Program-made: the position numbers and the translations under genes
The notes under the pieces: generated by a model
Told to the model about the DNA's origin: nothing
Database searches by the model: none
The model's input: the letters and a program-made list of their open reading frames with translations, nothing else
Shown: one piece after another, positions 60,422 through 64,000 of the stretch
Numbering within the stretch: position 1 is the first letter of the stretch
Layout: each line of letters opens with the position of its first letter
Source of the DNA: Bdellovibrio sp.
GTDB taxonomy: Bacteria; Bdellovibrionota; Bdellovibrionia; Bdellovibrionales; Bdellovibrionaceae
Assembly: GCA_036677065.1 (NCBI GenBank)
Contig: JAKFBS010000001.1
Span: forward strand, 224,001 to 288,000
Reading direction: 5' to 3'
Length of the DNA stretch: 64,000 bases

Positions 60422-61045
60422 TCACATATTCAAATGTTCTTGGTCCATAATTTGAGAATTTGTTTTTTCTAGCGATACTGGAATGATCTCTCGAACATTT
60501 TCTCTAAGCAGACCCTTAATTTTACGCATTTCATTTTCTCCCATATGGTTCACCATGATTTTAAATATGGAATGGGTAAATTTCTGGATCGTTTTGTTAT
60601 CAAATTTAAGATTCGTCGACCCAAGCTCGCAGCGGATGAGCTCATAAAATTCTGTCGGCGTATTTACCTGGTAAGTTTGATTGTTTTTTGGAACCCAGCC
60701 GTCATAGTAAATTCCCTTTAATATTAAAGGCAGTTGGGCGCCTAACTGTACAGTACTGTGATAAGGTAGAAGATCACGTAGAGTATGAATTGTAGCACGA
60801 TATGCCGACAAAGCTCGTTCGCGGTTATCCCAATCCATAATTTTCATAAGTTCCAAAAGCCAAGTATTCAGCTTATGAACGGCTTCATCAATATTTCTTG
60901 TTCCCGTGATTGATGCTCGTATGCGGTTCTGCGCATTGATACGTCTTGTATCCTTTACGCCATCTTTTATTCGATGTGCGCGCTTTGTTGGATGATCTGA
61001 CTTAATTTTTTTCTTATTAAGTGCGGCGGATTTTTTCTGTGGCAT
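60422..61045 (-). CDS. DUF2267-family protein
   Basis: TWL.EL...R..A..A.RATIHTLRD.LP....QLGAQLP..LKGIYYDGW.P, with a basic N-terminal extension. Confidence 0.8.
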   Translation of the reverse strand: MPQKKSAALNKKKIKSDHPTKRAHRIKDGVKDTRRINAQNRIRASITGTRNIDEAVHKLNTWLLELMKIMDWDNRERALSAYRATIHTLRDLLPYHSTVQLGAQLPLILKGIYYDGWVPKNNQTYQVNTPTEFYELIRCELGSTNLKFDNKTIQKFTHSIFKIMVNHMGENEMRKIKGLLRENVREIIPVSLEKTNSQIMDQEHLNM

Positions 61046-61096
61046 ATTTTCACCCGACTATTAGGCCTTCGCTGTTAGTGTTATGAAAAGCAGTAA

Positions 61097-61112
61097 AGCA
61101 GTTAACGTGCCA
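61097..61112 (-). promoter_or_regulatory. Sigma54 -24/-12 promoter of the DUF2267...BON operon
   Basis: Minus strand TGGCACGTTAACTGCT (GG-N10-GC), about 50 bp upstream of the ATG at 61045. Confidence 0.75.
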
Positions 61113-61235
61113 AAATTTAATTTTAACGGTGGTTCAAAATTGCAAGGCGCAGCGGCTAAGGAATTATACCCTGTTATCTTGAAAAAGGCGGGCAGATGCG
61201 GAGCGAAAGCGTGTTTTTGTAAACAGCTGATTTTT

Positions 61236-61433
61236 TTACTTCATCGGTGGTGGTACAACGGGCTGGTCTAAAACTGAAGTATCCGCATTTCTTTCAGAAT
61301 TAAAAACCAATGGATATACAATAACTGTCAGCAAATAGATCGCAATTATCGCCAATCCAATAAATGCAATTATTTTACCTGAAAAGTAGGTGTGGTTTTT
61401 TGTCGGTGGGTGAGCCGCGCTTTTGCTAGACAT
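61236..61433 (-). CDS. Small single-pass membrane protein
   Basis: GAGG RBS, one TM helix, Pro-rich tail. Confidence 0.55.
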   Translation of the reverse strand: MSSKSAAHPPTKNHTYFSGKIIAFIGLAIIAIYLLTVIVYPLVFNSERNADTSVLDQPVVPPPMK

Positions 61434-61502
61434 AGTTACCTCTGAGTTAAGCTTGTCAGTTATTGCAAAATTTATTCTCGAAGGTTCATGAGGTATTTTG
61501 CC

Positions 61503-62582
61503 TTACTGGCAAGCAGCCCAAGCTTCGACTTGGGTTCGCACAGAGCGTTCAATCATAATACCGTTGGTGTATGTACCAAGGTTGCCTTTTCTTGCAACAA
61601 TAGCGATGTAATTGTTGCTGCGATCCCAATAAGGATAAGCGCCATAGGCCCCTGGACTCGATATTCTACTGCCAGCCGTGCAATTGTAGGTTGCACTTTC
61701 GCATTCATGCCATAAGCCATATCCGTAATGCCAATCTTCATTTAAACCTGTCATCGCCGGAGAATAAGCCATAGTCGCTGTGGCTGTGTAATCAGCCAGA
61801 AGTAAATTCATCGACGCTGAATTTAATAACTGACCGGCTTTCAGAGCTTTTAAAAAATCTAAATATTCTTCAGCTGTCCAGTGCATTCCGCCAGCCAGAC
61901 GTGGATTACTTGCAGAAGGTAAATCGTATGTCGCGGTAGAAAAAAGACCGGTCTGAGTTTTAAATTCAGTGAAAACATCTTGCCATGAAGCCACGTTTCT
62001 AGCTTTGATCGCCATCATTCCAGCGACTTGTAAATGGGTTCCGCCGTAATAAAATCTTGCACCAGGAGTTACTCCGTTACTGGCATTGGCTGTGCCGACG
62101 TTATTCACGCAGACGGTAAAACTGGTGGCTCCAGAATTTAAACATGCAGGTTCGCTTTCAAGCCCTGATGTAAAACTTAAAAGCTGAGACAAAGTCATCG
62201 TGTATAAAGAATCGGTGTTAGTGATCGGCCAAGTTGTAATGTGATCTTGGGGGCGATCGGTTAAAGCTAAGTAGCCTTGCTCGATAAGTCGTAAAATAAT
62301 CACGGCAGTCACTAGTTTTGATGTCGAAGCTGATTCGTATGATGTTTGTAAAGTCGAACTTCCGCGTTCATATTCAAAACGTCGACCATCAGATCTTTCG
62401 GCAGCAAAAGAAAAATCAACTTCTGAAGAAGCTGCGGCTAATGCGGCTGTGAGTGCTGATTCTGCCTGGTTTAAAGAAGAACAAGCCGCAGGCGTTACGA
62501 TATCTGATTCTGCCGTTTTGTTAATGCAGGAAACACTTACAAATATAAAAAAAGCTAGAATGTAGATTTTCATCAGTATCAT
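61503..62582 (-). CDS. Beta-lactamase-like serine hydrolase lipoprotein
   Basis: VSC lipobox, ASTSK (SxxK), LLSFTSGL, PGARFYYG, YGYGLW, SPGAYG. Confidence 0.85.
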   Translation of the reverse strand: MILMKIYILAFFIFVSVSCINKTAESDIVTPAACSSLNQAESALTAALAAASSEVDFSFAAERSDGRRFEYERGSSTLQTSYESASTSKLVTAVIILRLIEQGYLALTDRPQDHITTWPITNTDSLYTMTLSQLLSFTSGLESEPACLNSGATSFTVCVNNVGTANASNGVTPGARFYYGGTHLQVAGMMAIKARNVASWQDVFTEFKTQTGLFSTATYDLPSASNPRLAGGMHWTAEEYLDFLKALKAGQLLNSASMNLLLADYTATATMAYSPAMTGLNEDWHYGYGLWHECESATYNCTAGSRISSPGAYGAYPYWDRSNNYIAIVARKGNLGTYTNGIMIERSVRTQVEAWAACQ

Positions 62583-62647
62583 TCTAGCAAATATTTTTTT
62601 ATTAAAGCTATTGTTTATTCAAATTAACAGTTTGAACAGTTAAGTAA

Positions 62648-62693
62648 CGGATGAATCTTACATGACGATCTTGTGCGATTTTTTTGAAGTTTA
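62648..62693 (+). pseudogene. Collapsed remnant of a TIGR02147 gene; direct repeat of the 3' end of 55377-56177
   Basis: 62666-62693 is identical to 56149-56176 (28 bp). 62648-62666 matches 55939-55957 at 17/19, both mismatches synonymous. Confidence 0.7.
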
Positions 62694-62714
62694 TTTGTTC
62701 TAAAGTGCGAATAT

Positions 62715-63500
62715 TTAAAGAAGTTTAATAAATTCTGCGATAGTTTGAACATCTTCGTCTTTTAATCCATACAAAATAATTGGTGAGAATCGAGGATTCT
62801 CAGAAACTAAATGGATTACAGTATCTTGTTCGGTATCACTATCATTAGTTGCTTTAGGTGGTGTTTGCCTTACATATTTTTTGATTACGAAACTTTCTGC
62901 AGATTCAGGGTCGCGCAGACTACGCGCTTGAATCAGAAAAACTTTTCCTTGTCTAGAGCCGCCTGTATATTTACGAAACAAACATAGATCGCCGTTATTA
63001 ATACGCGGCTGCATTGATTCACCCTGAACATAAGTTGCAAAGTAATCTGCAGATGAAGATTTTAAATTAACTTCGACCCAGCCCAAAGGAGTGCTATCCG
63101 TATACTGATCATTATCAGAAAATTTACCAGCGGCAACCTTGATAGGATATACAGGTATATAGTTTGGGGGCGGCTTGAAATCTTCCTCATAGGGAATGAC
63201 TCGCGAATCTTTAGCTATATTGGGCATGTCTTTTAAAAAAGCCAATAAGTCTAGTAGAGATACGTTCAGTGCTTCTGCATACCTGAGGAGAACTAGCACT
63301 TGAGCATCAGCAGTGCCCTTTTCTAGGCGGTCAATACTAGCTGATGAAAGCTGACTGGCTTCCTTAGATAGGCGATCAATCGAGTATCCTTTTTGTAATC
63401 TGAGTTTACGGCAATGATCGCCCAATGCTTTTAAGAAAAATTCATTCTTGTATCTTTTGCGAGGCAAACCAAGACGTTTGGCGGGTTTTGCAAGTGTCAT
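62715..63500 (-). CDS. XRE-HTH plus peptidase S24 (CI/LexA-like) repressor
   Basis: LGDHCRKLRL.KGYS...LEKG HTH, VAAG cleavage site, GESM.P catalytic Ser, VIKK catalytic Lys, LVSENP. Start moved to MTLAK. Confidence 0.88.
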   Translation of the reverse strand: MTLAKPAKRLGLPRKRYKNEFFLKALGDHCRKLRLQKGYSIDRLSKEASQLSSASIDRLEKGTADAQVLVLLRYAEALNVSLLDLLAFLKDMPNIAKDSRVIPYEEDFKPPPNYIPVYPIKVAAGKFSDNDQYTDSTPLGWVEVNLKSSSADYFATYVQGESMQPRINNGDLCLFRKYTGGSRQGKVFLIQARSLRDPESAESFVIKKYVRQTPPKATNDSDTEQDTVIHLVSENPRFSPIILYGLKDEDVQTIAEFIKLL

Positions 63501-63532
63501 AAGTCTAGGATATCCCAAATACAATTTGGCCC

Positions 63533-63571
63533 ATTCCTTATTAGGAATATATATTATTCCTAATAAGGAAT
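63533..63571. promoter_or_regulatory. Double palindromic operator
   Basis: ATTCCTTATTAGGAATA-tatat-TATTCCTAATAAGGAAT. Perfect 17-bp arms, each itself ATTCCT-N4-AGGAAT. Confidence 0.75.
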
Positions 63572-63576
63572 AAAGC

Positions 63577-64000
63577 GTGATCAATTATTATATTAAAAAT
63601 TCAGTTACATTGCTCTTGATTGGCCTGCTCACTGCTTGTGGTAAAGAATCCCCAGTAAACAAACAAGCTGTTTTTACTCTAAGCTTACATGGCAGTGCGA
63701 CTACATTTTACGAAAAAATAAATCCTGCATTTAATGCAGGTGCTATCGTCGAGAATTCGATGGTGAGCTTTCAAAATCAAATTTTTGCTTTCTATGATGA
63801 AGGTGCTAACGGAAATTTCACAAGCGCAGAGTTGGGCAATTCAGGTCAGAATTTTTTCAATCAAAAGATATTGAATTTAGACAGGCGTTTTTCTTACGTA
63901 CTAAATTATCAAGAAACGCTTTATAACTTCTTTTATAAAGAAAACTCAATTTATTTAGAAAAAAGCACAGATGGTTTAAATTGGCAGCTAATGAACAATG
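63577..64000 (+). CDS. Lipoprotein with Asp-box (BNR) motif, runs off the window end; absent from ORF track
   Basis: AAGGAA RBS, GTG start, LLLIGLLTAC lipobox, frame open to the end, STDGLNW Asp-box. Confidence 0.7.
   Translation, partial: MINYYIKNSVTLLLIGLLTACGKESPVNKQAVFTLSLHGSATTFYEKINPAFNAGAIVENSMVSFQNQIFAFYDEGANGNFTSAELGNSGQNFFNQKILNLDRRFSYVLNYQETLYNFFYKENSIYLEKSTDGLNWQLMNN

Overview
AT-rich chromosomal segment from a Bdellovibrionaceae predator (inferred from near-identity to B. bacteriovorus proteins such as the histone Bd0055 and from gene order; species not determinable). 1-19.7 kb is housekeeping: ligA (partial), a bacterial histone, murD, tal, dapB/A/F with an unannotated LptM/YifL-like lipoprotein, ftsK, queE, fis, dnaB and a RluA-family synthase. 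20-32 kb is a Tad/Flp (type IVb) pilus locus with a sigma28-type promoter, a Bd0109-like YD/RHS protein, a divergent hit (Bd0108)-like gene and a GT-C-like membrane protein next to the pilin. 32-52 kb holds ftsEX-envC-ctpA, tig, a BagAB-like ArsA pair with gshA, pepA, clpPX, a Bd0816/Bd3459-like DD-endopeptidase, lon and a TPR-wHTH regulator. After tRNA-Val(TAC) at 52.5 kb comes an accessory region: nfeD-SPFH and a general-stress-like operon, each with a sigma54 motif; a TIGR02147 regulator divergent from a secreted gene across a palindrome; a collapsed remnant of a second TIGR02147 copy 6.5 kb away; and an XRE-S24 repressor with a double palindromic operator. All family assignments are from motif recognition, with no database search. 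Several start codons were moved downstream of the ORF-track start where an RBS or signal peptide supports it.
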